DNA from: an uncultured Desulfobulbaceae bacterium
GTDB taxonomy: Bacteria > Desulfobacterota > Dissulfuribacteria > Dissulfuribacterales > DYLC01
Assembly: GCA_964427245.1 (NCBI GenBank)
Contig: CAYRSX010000038.1
Coordinates: 2,495-66,494, forward strand
DNA length: 64,000 bases
Direction: 5' to 3'
The position numbers and the translations under genes are program-made. The notes under the pieces are model-generated. The model made no database searches and was not told the DNA's origin. It was given only the letters and a program-made list of their open reading frames with translations. This document shows positions 17,723-26,518 of the stretch, piece by piece; within the stretch, counting starts at the first letter, position 1; every line of letters starts with the position of its first letter.

Positions 17723-18124
17723 ATGTCTGAACGAAGAATCACTCAAAGATATCCCTTACATCTTCGCGTTTATTTCCCTGAGTACAATCTCTGGGGATAC
17801 ACTCGTGATATCTCACGGGACGGCTGTTGCATTTTTTTATCGAAGTCCCTTGTCGAGGGTATTGTCACCGATTTTTTATTGGAATTGCCTATAATCGGTG
17901 CTATACCCCTTCAATGTTATATTCAACACCAGCAGAATGGTGCGGGCGATATGGGAGTGCAGTTCGTGCATGTCCGATTTTCGCAGGAGCAGGCCGCCTA
18001 TTATGAACTCTATCGTGGTTTTTTTGCCCTGATACCAGCTATGGAGCAGATTCGGCACTATTATCTCGATCTGGTTGAAAAAGGCAAGATAAAATATCAC
18101 GAGATTCCAAAAGAGCCTGCCTGA
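17723..18124 (+). CDS. PilZ domain protein
   Basis: RRITQRYPL...GYTRDISRDGCCIF matches the RxxxR ... D/NxSxxG c-di-GMP-binding motifs of PilZ. Confidence 0.75.
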   Translation: MSERRITQRYPLHLRVYFPEYNLWGYTRDISRDGCCIFLSKSLVEGIVTDFLLELPIIGAIPLQCYIQHQQNGAGDMGVQFVHVRFSQEQAAYYELYRGFFALIPAMEQIRHYYLDLVEKGKIKYHEIPKEPA

Positions 18125-18133
18125 CGCTGGCAT

Positions 18134-19675
18134 TCAGGGTTTCAGCCTTATAACCTCAAACCGATATGTCTCGTGGTCTGCGTGAGCATCGAATGGTTCC
18201 GTATTGCATAGTTTCGTATGGCGCTCTTGAAATGTCCTTTTTTTCTTTGAAGCGAGCATAGCTGGTCCTCGCACAAGAATTACAAACTCCTCTTTCAATT
18301 CATGTCGTTTCACCAGTTTCTGCACATAATCAGGCCAATTTTCAGAAAGTTTCTTTAAATAAAATGGAATCACTCCCCATGAAAACAGCAGGTCTTGACA
18401 GACCTTTTTCGAGTCTGCAAAGGCTATCAGCCATACTGGCAGTCTGAGGCGAGAAATGCGCCTTACAGTTGTGCCGCTTTGAGTGGGTATTACTACCATG
18501 GCCACCTGCAGGTGTGAGACTGCATTTTTAATGCTGGTGGAGATGATGTCTTTTACTACCAGTTTTTGTGTCATCGGCCATGCTGCATGCAGCATATTCA
18601 AATGTGCCGTCGTATCGGCATAAAGATTCCCCTTTTCCGTGGCCGTTGCTATGGCAGTCATCATTCTGACCGTCTCTATTGGATATTCACCTATGGCGGT
18701 TTCCTCTGAAAGCATTACGCAGTCAGCCCCATCCAATATGGCATTTGCCACGTCTGTGGCCTCTGCTCGAGTGGGTCTTTTGTTGTGCAGCATAGATTCC
18801 AGCATCTGTGTGGCTAAAATCACGGGTTTTCCTGCCTCGTTTGCCTTTTTTATGAGTTTTTTCTGCAGAATGGCCATTTCTTCTATGGGTGTTTCCACTC
18901 CCAGGTCGCCTCTTGCTACCATGATGCCGTCCGCTTTATCAAGGATGCGGTCTATGTCGGCCACAGCCTGACTGCGTTCTATCTTGGCGATAACCAAGGG
19001 GTTATAGTCGAGATCTTTTAGGATGTTTTGCAGCTCTTGAATATCTGCAGCATTTTGTACGAAAGACAGACTGACGGCTTCGATTGCATGCTTGGCTGCA
19101 AAGATTATGCCTCTATGGTCTGTATCTGTAATGGCGCTGATATTCAGATCCACGCCTGGTAGATTTACTCCCTTGTGAGACATCACTGGGCCGCCAAGCA
19201 GCACTTGACAGCGGATTAGGGACGAGTGCACCTCTTTTACCACCAATTGCACCATACCATCGTTTATGAAGATGATGTTATTGGGTTTTAATGCCTTTAA
19301 AAGCATAATATCGGCATTTTCTGCTTTGTCTCGCATGGTGGCGTTGATTTGAATCGGCAGAATATTTTCAGCTGATTGCTGTCGTGTACTCAGAAAGATT
19401 TCGTCGTGAGTGTGCAGTAAAAACGGCTCGTTGATGAGTTTGCCCAGGCGTATTTTCGGGCCTGGTAGGTCTAGAAGAATAGCCACGGTTCTTTTTAGTT
19501 CTTGAGCAGTCTTTCGTATATTTTTTACAAGATAGGCATGTTCTTTTAGGGAGCCGTGGGCCAGATTCAACCTGGCGATGGTCATTCCTGCTTGTATCAG
19601 CTGTTTAATGGTGTTAAATGAGTTTGAGGCAGGGCCGATAGTGCATACAATCTTTGTCTTTGCATATTCAAACAT
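18134..19675 (-). CDS. pyk: pyruvate kinase
   Basis: KTKIVCTIGPAS, MTIARLNLAHGS, MVARGDLGVE and ATQMLESM motifs are present, plus a C-terminal extension of about 40 aa. Confidence 0.9.
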   Translation of the reverse strand: MFEYAKTKIVCTIGPASNSFNTIKQLIQAGMTIARLNLAHGSLKEHAYLVKNIRKTAQELKRTVAILLDLPGPKIRLGKLINEPFLLHTHDEIFLSTRQQSAENILPIQINATMRDKAENADIMLLKALKPNNIIFINDGMVQLVVKEVHSSLIRCQVLLGGPVMSHKGVNLPGVDLNISAITDTDHRGIIFAAKHAIEAVSLSFVQNAADIQELQNILKDLDYNPLVIAKIERSQAVADIDRILDKADGIMVARGDLGVETPIEEMAILQKKLIKKANEAGKPVILATQMLESMLHNKRPTRAEATDVANAILDGADCVMLSEETAIGEYPIETVRMMTAIATATEKGNLYADTTAHLNMLHAAWPMTQKLVVKDIISTSIKNAVSHLQVAMVVIPTQSGTTVRRISRLRLPVWLIAFADSKKVCQDLLFSWGVIPFYLKKLSENWPDYVQKLVKRHELKEEFVILVRGPAMLASKKKRTFQERHTKLCNTEPFDAHADHETYRFEVIRLKP

Positions 19676-19782
19676 ATATGACCCTCAATTTAGACTTGAC
19701 CTTGGCCTTTGCTTCCAATAAGTTGAACATGAAATGTAGTTTTATACAACAGTAACTTGCAATCGATTAAAAGGAGAAAGAC

Positions 19783-21057
19783 ATGAGCACTATCTCAGAG
19801 ATCAAGGCCATTGAAATCTTGGACTCCAGAGGCAATCCCACTATCAGAACATACGTAACCCTGGAAGACGGTGCTGTGGGCGTGGCATCTGTGCCATCCG
19901 GCGCATCTACAGGGGAAAACGAGGCTGTAGAGCTGCGTGACGGTGATTTCTCCCGCTATGGCGGTAAGGGCGTGCTGAAGGCTGTTTCCAATGTGGAGGA
20001 TGTCATAGCCCCCAGGCTTTTGGGCATGGATGCCACGCTTCAGCAGGAGATCGACATGATCATGATAGACCTGGACGGCACGCCTAACAAGAACAAGCTG
20101 GGCGCAAATGCCATCCTTTCCGTGTCGATGGCGGTGGCAAGGGCAGCGGCCAACAGTGTGGGCCTTCCCCTCTATGCCTATCTGGGTGGGCCGTGTGCCA
20201 ATCGCATACCGGTACCCATGATGAATGTATTGAACGGCGGAAAACACGCCGACTCCAATGTGGATTTTCAGGAATTCATGATCATGCCCATAGGAGCCTC
20301 GAGTTTCGCAGAGGCCTTGAGGTACTGCTCCGAGACCTTTCATGCTTTAAAATCCATTTTAAAATCCAATGGTTATGCTACAGCAGTAGGAGACGAGGGC
20401 GGCTTTGCCCCTAATCTTACCAGCAATGAAGAGCCCTGTGAACTCATCGTTCAGGCCATAGAAAAGGCTGGTTATGTGCCAGGTGACGATATAGCCATTG
20501 CATTGGATCTTGCGGCCAGTTCCTTTTATAGAGACGGTAAATATGTGCTGGAACGTTCTGGCGGCGGTGAAAAGACATCTGAAGAGATGGTGGAGCTGAT
20601 GTCAGAATGGATTCAGAAATATCCCATTATCTCCATCGAGGATGGTCTGGCTGAAAACGACTGGGAGGGTTTTACTCTGATGACAGAACGGCTCGGAGAC
20701 CAGATACAGGTGGTGGGCGACGATATCTTTGTCACCAATACAGAGTTCGTAAGACGCGGCATAATAGAAGGGGCAGCTAACTCTGTGCTCATAAAGCTTA
20801 ATCAGATCGGAACGGTAAGTGAGACGGTCAATACCATTCGTATGTGCAGAACCGCTGGTTGGGACTTCGTGATCTCTCACCGCTCAGGTGAAACAGAGGA
20901 TGATTTTATCGCTGATTTCACTGTTGCAATGGATGGCTGTCAGATCAAGACCGGTTCTGTGTGCAGAAGCGAACGCATAGCCAAGTACAATCGACTTTTG
21001 GAGATTGAAAACGAATTAGGCGTGGCGGCTGTGTTCCAGTCACCATTTGATCTGTAA
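19783..21057 (+). CDS. eno: enolase (phosphopyruvate hydratase)
   Basis: [17 protein letters not shown]...[17 protein letters not shown]...[12 protein letters not shown]...SHRSGETED. Confidence 0.95.
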   Translation: MSTISEIKAIEILDSRGNPTIRTYVTLEDGAVGVASVPSGASTGENEAVELRDGDFSRYGGKGVLKAVSNVEDVIAPRLLGMDATLQQEIDMIMIDLDGTPNKNKLGANAILSVSMAVARAAANSVGLPLYAYLGGPCANRIPVPMMNVLNGGKHADSNVDFQEFMIMPIGASSFAEALRYCSETFHALKSILKSNGYATAVGDEGGFAPNLTSNEEPCELIVQAIEKAGYVPGDDIAIALDLAASSFYRDGKYVLERSGGGEKTSEEMVELMSEWIQKYPIISIEDGLAENDWEGFTLMTERLGDQIQVVGDDIFVTNTEFVRRGIIEGAANSVLIKLNQIGTVSETVNTIRMCRTAGWDFVISHRSGETEDDFIADFTVAMDGCQIKTGSVCRSERIAKYNRLLEIENELGVAAVFQSPFDL

Positions 21058-21146
21058 TCGCCGCAGGGGTGGGCGGACGTATAGCCTGTCCACCTCGAGT
21101 TATGTAGAGATGGGTTCAGAACCCGCTCGGACCATTCCAGCGGCAA

Positions 21147-21339
21147 AAGGATTTCTCGGTCGCTGTGCTTCATTCGAAATGACACTTGTTGTTGTGTGAC
21201 AGGCGAGATGTTTGCGACAGGTGAGACGCCTGTCTTACGGGTAGTGTCTTTGTCATTTTCGAGCGAAGTGGTTGTAATTGCTTACGAACTGGCTGTCATT
21301 TCGAGCGAAGCGAGAAATCTTATAAAAGCGAGGAATCTT
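21147..21339. repeat. mosaic repeat cluster (modules M1inv-M2-M2-M1-M1), colinear with 37486..37746
   Basis: AAGGATTTCTCGGTCGCTGTGCTTCATTCGAAATGACA ... GACAGGTGAGACGCCTGTCTTAC ... TGTCATTTTCGAGCGAAGTGGTTGTAATTGC ... TGTCATTTCGAGCGAAGCGAGAAATCTT. By eye it is near-identical, module for module, to the cluster after pyrC. Confidence 0.85.
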
Positions 21340-21341
21340 TT

Positions 21342-21767
21342 ATGACGATGCAGAACGATTGGCAGCGTTGCGTTGCGTTTCATGGCCATGCCTGTCCTGG
21401 TTTGGCCATAGGCTTTCGAGCGTGTGAGGCACTGAAACAGGTCATGGACCTGCATTTTTCCAAGGATGAGGAACTGGTTTGCATAACGGAAAATGATGCC
21501 TGCGGCGTGGATGCGGTACAGGTATTGACCGGCTGCATCTTTGGTAAGGGTAATCTCATTTATCGGGATGTGGGCAAGATGGCATTTACCTTTTTTGAGC
21601 GACATGCAGGTAAGGGTGTGCGAGTGGTGTTCAAGGGAGTCATGCCCCAGGGCATGGATCGCAATAAATGGCAGGAATATATATTGACAGCGCCGGTTTT
21701 CGAGTTGTTTCAAGTAACTGAGCCCAGATGTGAGTTGCCGCCCAAGGCCCGTATGAGGAAGATGTAG
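21342..21767 (+). CDS. FmdE-family domain protein (short form without the C-terminal zinc ribbon)
   Basis: WQRCVAFHGHACPGLAIGFRACEA is the FmdE-family N-terminal motif. The protein ends at 141 aa with no CxxC pairs. Confidence 0.65.
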   Translation: MTMQNDWQRCVAFHGHACPGLAIGFRACEALKQVMDLHFSKDEELVCITENDACGVDAVQVLTGCIFGKGNLIYRDVGKMAFTFFERHAGKGVRVVFKGVMPQGMDRNKWQEYILTAPVFELFQVTEPRCELPPKARMRKM

Positions 21768-21861
21768 ATGCTATGTTTTTAAAGGCATTAAAACCCGAAA
21801 ACATCGTCTTCATAAACGAAGGCAAGGTTGCATGACGGAAAGTCCTATTGTATCGATTGCT

Positions 21862-22254
21862 TTACGAGGCTTTGCGTCTGACGTGAACACGCTCCACGAT
21901 CTTTCGATAATAGACCTGGTTTGTCTCCAGAGAGACCTTGGTGCGGCGCATTAGATTCATTTTTGTTATGAGCAGATTGAGTTTGTTGATCTGCCGGTAG
22001 CGTTCTTCCTCTGTAGTAAGGTGTTTTATCATGTCCATGGTGGTGTGAATCTCTTTGGCTGTCTCCAGCTCAGGAGGTAAATAACCGGCGTTTTTGAGAA
22101 TCTTGTAGGCCATACGCAGGTCAGGCGGCACAAAGGAATCGTCTTCGTATTCAAGGGGACGTCCCTTTCCCTGTAGATTGTCGAAATCTCCGCGTTCCAT
22201 AGCCTCTTGGATGCGTTTCTCCGCAATGTATTCCAAAAAATTCAAGTTACTCAT
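21862..22254 (-). CDS. DUF1992 (DnaJ-C28-like) domain protein
   Basis: IAEKRIQEAMERGDFDNLQGKGRPL..DD matches the DUF1992 signature. I chose the ATG at 22254 (MSNLNFLEY...) to avoid overlapping the upstream kinase gene. Confidence 0.65.
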   Translation of the reverse strand: MSNLNFLEYIAEKRIQEAMERGDFDNLQGKGRPLEYEDDSFVPPDLRMAYKILKNAGYLPPELETAKEIHTTMDMIKHLTTEEERYRQINKLNLLITKMNLMRRTKVSLETNQVYYRKIVERVHVRRKAS

Positions 22255-22286
22255 AAAATGAATTATGAAGTTTGGTTGTGCTGCTG

Positions 22287-23645
22287 TCAAGGCAGCATGC
22301 TGTCTTTTACTTGTCCTTGCGTTTTTTCCTTCCATCTCACAGGGAATGTGCAGATTACGCAGGTGCCTTTGTTTGGTTCACTTTCAATGGAGATATTTCC
22401 CTGATGTTCTTCCAATATCTCTTTGACCAAAAAAAGTCCGAGTCCTGTGCCCCCTGGTTTGGTGGTGATGGGTGTTGTAAAGAGTTTTTCTTTTATTTCC
22501 GGCGGAATGCCCTGGCCTTTGTCACAGATAATGACAGAAGGCCTTCCATCCTGACGCAGTAGTTTGATTTGAATGGTACTGTGTGCAGGTGATGCCTCCA
22601 GCGCATTTCTGAGAATATGAATAAATGCGGTTTTCAGAACGCGTTTGTTGGCCATGATCCCCAGGGGTTCCTGTGAAATATCTATCGCAAGCTTTATATC
22701 TTTTTTGGCCAGTCCGGGTTGCCATGTATTCACAACCTCTGTGATGATGTTTTTGAGGTTCTCTTTTGTAAAAGAACGAATCTCCTTTGCGGTCAACTCC
22801 TCGAAGTTCTTCACGAAATCAGAGAGTTCCTTCATGGCCTTTTGAATTATTGCAAGTTTTTGACGGGTGTTTTCAGTTAATGTGGAGTCCTTTTCCAGGA
22901 TAGTGGAGATGAGCCCGCCTGTCACCATCACAGGGTTTCGAATACGGTCCGCTATGCGTAGCGCCATCTGTATGGTGGTGTGTTCTCTGGCCATCGCCTC
23001 CATGTCCTGACTCAGTTGTAGAAGTTCTAAATTCATTCGGTCCAGCTGGTGGTTTTGCAGACTGGTCTGCTCCAGCAGCCGCAGCACCTCTGCGTGTTTG
23101 AGGCGTAGATTTTCCAGGTAGGATTCTTCTGTGTTTTTAAAGAGTTCATTTCTGAAGGAAGCCTCTTTTTTTTGTATTTCGTCCCACGACTTTTGAATGC
23201 CCCATTTGACCGCACTGATTTCAATAGGGGTGTCAATTGTGCCGCCGGTTATGCTGACCTCGTCCAGTACCTTTTTAAGGCCATGAATTACAGGTGTTTT
23301 GTTTAAGGCTGCCTTGTCGGCAGGACATGTGTCGCCATTCAGATTGGTTGCATCGCAGGGTCTTTTGCTTTGGAAGAGGAGTTCTATGCCGCTCTGTTCG
23401 AGTATTTCCTTCATATTGTTTTTTGGAGCTTTCTTGCAGCAGAGAATGCTCATCGTGACTGTTCCGGTTCTGGCCATGCGCATCATCCAGCGAGTCATCT
23501 CGGATGCAGATACAGCTACCTGCGTGGTGGCTATACGGTTCAACCCGCAGATATGACATAGGAGTTTGCTCTTCATGCGCACCTTAGGGATATCTTCCTG
23601 TCTTTTAATCACCAGGGTCAGAATATGCAGTCGGTTCATGTCCAT
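22287..23645 (-). CDS. histidine-kinase-like protein with an intact HATPase_c domain but Asp at the H-box position
   Basis: N-box HILRNALEA, G1 DKGQGIP and G2 GGTGLGL are all present. The DHp-like helix reads ALRIADRIRNPVMVTGG, so Asp233 sits where HE.RNP kinases have His. The N-terminal region of about 120 aa is Cys-rich. Confidence 0.7.
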   Translation of the reverse strand: MDMNRLHILTLVIKRQEDIPKVRMKSKLLCHICGLNRIATTQVAVSASEMTRWMMRMARTGTVTMSILCCKKAPKNNMKEILEQSGIELLFQSKRPCDATNLNGDTCPADKAALNKTPVIHGLKKVLDEVSITGGTIDTPIEISAVKWGIQKSWDEIQKKEASFRNELFKNTEESYLENLRLKHAEVLRLLEQTSLQNHQLDRMNLELLQLSQDMEAMAREHTTIQMALRIADRIRNPVMVTGGLISTILEKDSTLTENTRQKLAIIQKAMKELSDFVKNFEELTAKEIRSFTKENLKNIITEVVNTWQPGLAKKDIKLAIDISQEPLGIMANKRVLKTAFIHILRNALEASPAHSTIQIKLLRQDGRPSVIICDKGQGIPPEIKEKLFTTPITTKPGGTGLGLFLVKEILEEHQGNISIESEPNKGTCVICTFPVRWKEKTQGQVKDSMLP

Positions 23646-24790
23646 CTCACCACCACCAGTGAGGAGTCGTCCTGAGGCGTATTTTTGGGCTGAAACAGAA
23701 TCTGTGCCCAGATAGCGGCGGATGTGTGGCTTGACAGATAACCCGTCAGGTCCGGTGAGTGAAGTACGCCGTCTGAGTGCATTACGATGAGCAGGTCTTC
23801 TGCAATGTCATTGACGGAAGCCATTTGAATGATATTCTTGCTTGAGTTTGTGTGAATATTGCCTACAAGCCCTGGCCGAGGGCTGATATTGTGGCCCTTA
23901 CCGGCAGAATAGACTGTGCATACTGCGTTTCTCAGGCCTGCAGCTAATATCTTTTTTTTCCTGTAATCTATGAATAGCACCTGCATGGATGCCCCGTTGG
24001 AACCGAACAATGCCCCATTCAGGGCATTGATGACTCGATCTGGTTCGTGACTTACCGGCAGGTCTTCCAATAACTGCACTGCGTCACGGGCTATTATGGC
24101 AGCGGTTTCTCCATGACCCGTGACGTCTATGAGGGCGATGCGGCAGAAAGAGCCGTCGTCTTGAAGAGATACCGCGTCTCCTGATTGCGTCTGACCCGGA
24201 CATGGCCGGATAATGGCCGAGACATGAAGCGGCTGCCTTTCTTTAGGTTTATTAAATATATCGGCAGGTTGTTCCTCGATTGTGGCGGAGACTATCGTGG
24301 CATAATTTTTATAAGTGAGTGGGCGAGGGCATGGAGAAACGCCGAATTGCATGGAACAGATATGAAACCGGCTCGACAGACGTTTCACTGTTCCAAGGCC
24401 TATTCCCAGGCCTCCAGAGGTGCTGAAACCATCTTCCATGGCTTTTTCTACATTGGGGATGCCGGGTCCTTCATCAAGGCTCGCTATGGTTATGACAGGA
24501 ATGCGGTTCAGGGACATGCCGCTTATGCGTATCAGGCCGTTTTGAGTGGCATGCGCCAGGTGGTTCTGGGCCAGTTCGCTGGCTACGAGGACTGCTTCCT
24601 GTCTGCGGGCGGAGGAGACAAAAAGTTGTTCAGCTGCTATGCCTGCTAGCTGTCTGGCGATGGCCACATCCTTGGGTGTGCTTACAGAAAGTTCAGACCA
24701 TACGAAAGGCAGGCCGTTTTTAATCTGCTGCCCTTCGTGATTTTCAAAGGTGTTAGCTGCACTCATTTTGTCTGTTGTGAAGTTTGTCAT
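23636..24790 (-). CDS. fused RsbW-like ATP-binding domain plus PP2C/SpoIIE phosphatase (RsbX/RsbU-like)
   Basis: N-terminal part: LVASELAQN...DEGPGIP...GGLGIGLG (HATPase_c_2). C-terminal part: SGDAV...IDVTGHGETAA...MHSDGV (PP2C). The ATG at 24790 makes an ATGA overlap with the rsbT-like stop. Confidence 0.75.
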   Translation of the reverse strand: MTNFTTDKMSAANTFENHEGQQIKNGLPFVWSELSVSTPKDVAIARQLAGIAAEQLFVSSARRQEAVLVASELAQNHLAHATQNGLIRISGMSLNRIPVITIASLDEGPGIPNVEKAMEDGFSTSGGLGIGLGTVKRLSSRFHICSMQFGVSPCPRPLTYKNYATIVSATIEEQPADIFNKPKERQPLHVSAIIRPCPGQTQSGDAVSLQDDGSFCRIALIDVTGHGETAAIIARDAVQLLEDLPVSHEPDRVINALNGALFGSNGASMQVLFIDYRKKKILAAGLRNAVCTVYSAGKGHNISPRPGLVGNIHTNSSKNIIQMASVNDIAEDLLIVMHSDGVLHSPDLTGYLSSHTSAAIWAQILFQPKNTPQDDSSLVVVRWT

Positions 24791-25215
24791 GGCGATAGCC
24801 ACTTTATGACCTCGACTCGTGTGCCGTGTGGAAGCAGATTGTTAATTTGCACCTGATCCGAGAGATTGGTGATGCCCGAAAGCCCCAGGCCAAGGCCGTT
24901 GTCTTCAGAAAATCCCGGTTGAACGGCCTTTTTGATGTTGTTTATGTCAGGGCCTGAGTCGGTTGCCACTATCCTGAAACCTATCCGTCCTTCCTGTGTC
25001 AGCACCTCCATACAGATTTCGCCTCTGTCGGCGTGTCTCAGAATGTTTTTGCCCAGTTCGTTTATGATGGTCAGCAGTTCAGTTGCCGGCTGTTTTCGAA
25101 TATGAAGGGCGTTAAAAAGGGTCCGGGCCTTTGTCCTGATCTTGCTGAGGCTGTTTGCAGGAGTGACAGCTGCGCATATGTGCTGGTGTGTTGTGGGCCC
25201 TGAAGTGCTGTTCAT
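24787..25215 (-). CDS. rsbT: RsbT-like serine kinase / anti-sigma regulatory factor
   Basis: ELLTIINELGKNILRHADRGEI...ATDSGPDI...GLGLGLSGI is a small HATPase_c_2 protein lying directly after rsbS. Confidence 0.75.
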   Translation of the reverse strand: MNSTSGPTTHQHICAAVTPANSLSKIRTKARTLFNALHIRKQPATELLTIINELGKNILRHADRGEICMEVLTQEGRIGFRIVATDSGPDINNIKKAVQPGFSEDNGLGLGLSGITNLSDQVQINNLLPHGTRVEVIKWLSP

Positions 25216-25565
25216 CGCAATCTCAAAAGCGCCTGCTCCATATCTAGGGCAAACTCTACATTTTTGAGCTGAATGTTGAAGTCTGTCAGAGTGAGGGCGA
25301 CCGGCACCTGAATGCCTGCCACCACGACTCGTGACCTCAGCATGTGCAAAAAAGAGACGAGCCTTTCGATGTGTTCGGCAAGAAAGGTATCCATGGCCTC
25401 CACTTCGTGCATGTCTATAATCACCGCCTTGGCCTTGGTTTTTGAGACTTGCTTGCCAAGGCGCTGAAGAAGGCGTTCTATGCTCGAATCATCGATTTCT
25501 TCTTGAATAGATACCAGCAGAATGTCTTCGAGGGAGAAGATGGAAAATGGCTCCATGTCGTTCAA
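25212..25565 (-). CDS. rsbS: RsbS-like single STAS domain protein
   Basis: A 117-aa STAS fold (ILLVSIQEEIDDSSIERLLQRL...AVIIDMHEVEAMDTFLAEHI...) that is translationally coupled on both sides. Confidence 0.75.
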   Translation of the reverse strand: MNDMEPFSIFSLEDILLVSIQEEIDDSSIERLLQRLGKQVSKTKAKAVIIDMHEVEAMDTFLAEHIERLVSFLHMLRSRVVVAGIQVPVALTLTDFNIQLKNVEFALDMEQALLRLR

Positions 25566-26437
25566 TCCTGCTGAACACCCTCGTTTTTGATTATATTCAT
25601 GGCCGCCTTTCTTTTCTGTATCTCCAGGAGGGCCAGATAGAGGGCATCGCTCATTCGGCTGCGCACGGTGATGGTTGTCATATTTACGCCAAGATGTGCC
25701 ATGGTCAGGGCGATGTGCGGTGAGATGCCTGTGAGAATGGCCTCGCTTCCCATGAGTCTCGTGGCATCAACGGTCTGTAGAAGCCGGCTGGCAACCTCAG
25801 TATCCACTGTGGGAACGCCGGTGATATCGATGATGACGAACGGGGCACGAGTCTTTTCTATGGTTTCCAGCAGGCGTTCCATGGCCATGCGTGCCCTGTG
25901 ACTGTCCAGGGTCCCTATGAGTGGTAGGGCCAGAACGCCTTCCCAGAGCTCTATGACAGGCGTGGAGAGTTCGAGCACCTCGTTTTGCAGATGGCGGATA
26001 TTTTCTTCCTGTTTGCGCAGGAGCTCTTCCTGTTGTCTTTGAATCAGTTGTTCCTGTTCAAGGCGTTTAGAGATGTCAACGAAGTGTTCCACACACCCAA
26101 CGATGCGGCCTTCGTGGTTTTTGAGGGGTCTGGCTGCATATTCTATGGGGATTTCTTTGCCATTATACTTAAGAACCGTCTGTCCATGGCAAACTTCATC
26201 TGTTTCTGTAGCGAGGAGACAGGCACATTTTTCTGTGCCGCACATGCTTGTATTGAAGATCTCACTACATTTTTGGTCAAAGCACTCTCCAGGCGTTTTG
26301 CCGACTATGGAAGAGGCGCCCTTGTTTATGAGCAGGATGTTGTGTTCCTTATCGGTGACAAAGATGCCGGAAGGCACAGCGTTTATGATCTCGAACAGAA
26401 AGCCTTCATTGTTTTTGTAATCACTGATGGTTTCCAT
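25562..26437 (-). CDS. rsbR: RsbR-like stressosome sensor: Cys-rich PAS domain plus C-terminal STAS domain
   Basis: The C-terminus STPVIELWEGVLALPLIGTLDSHRARMAMERLLETI...FVIIDITGVPTVDTEVA...ILTGISPHIA is RsbR-type STAS. The N-terminal PAS domain has Cys at positions 52, 57, 66, 71, 73 and 83. Confidence 0.8.
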   Translation of the reverse strand: METISDYKNNEGFLFEIINAVPSGIFVTDKEHNILLINKGASSIVGKTPGECFDQKCSEIFNTSMCGTEKCACLLATETDEVCHGQTVLKYNGKEIPIEYAARPLKNHEGRIVGCVEHFVDISKRLEQEQLIQRQQEELLRKQEENIRHLQNEVLELSTPVIELWEGVLALPLIGTLDSHRARMAMERLLETIEKTRAPFVIIDITGVPTVDTEVASRLLQTVDATRLMGSEAILTGISPHIALTMAHLGVNMTTITVRSRMSDALYLALLEIQKRKAAMNIIKNEGVQQD

Positions 26438-26518
26438 GGCAGTCTCTCCTTAAGTCGATATATGGTATGCGGCAGCGTGCCTCCACAATGGGTGTAAAGG
26501 AGGGTAGTACAAAATATA

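Noticed and set aside
21768-21861. Possible frameshifted remnant of the C-terminal zinc ribbon of the FmdE-like protein
   Set aside because: The FmdE-like ORF stops before any CxxC pair. Downstream frames give CRC...GC or ...NEGKVA* strings that only vaguely resemble a zinc ribbon. I cannot distinguish a decayed domain from chance without an alignment, so the gene is reported simply as a short-form FmdE-like protein.
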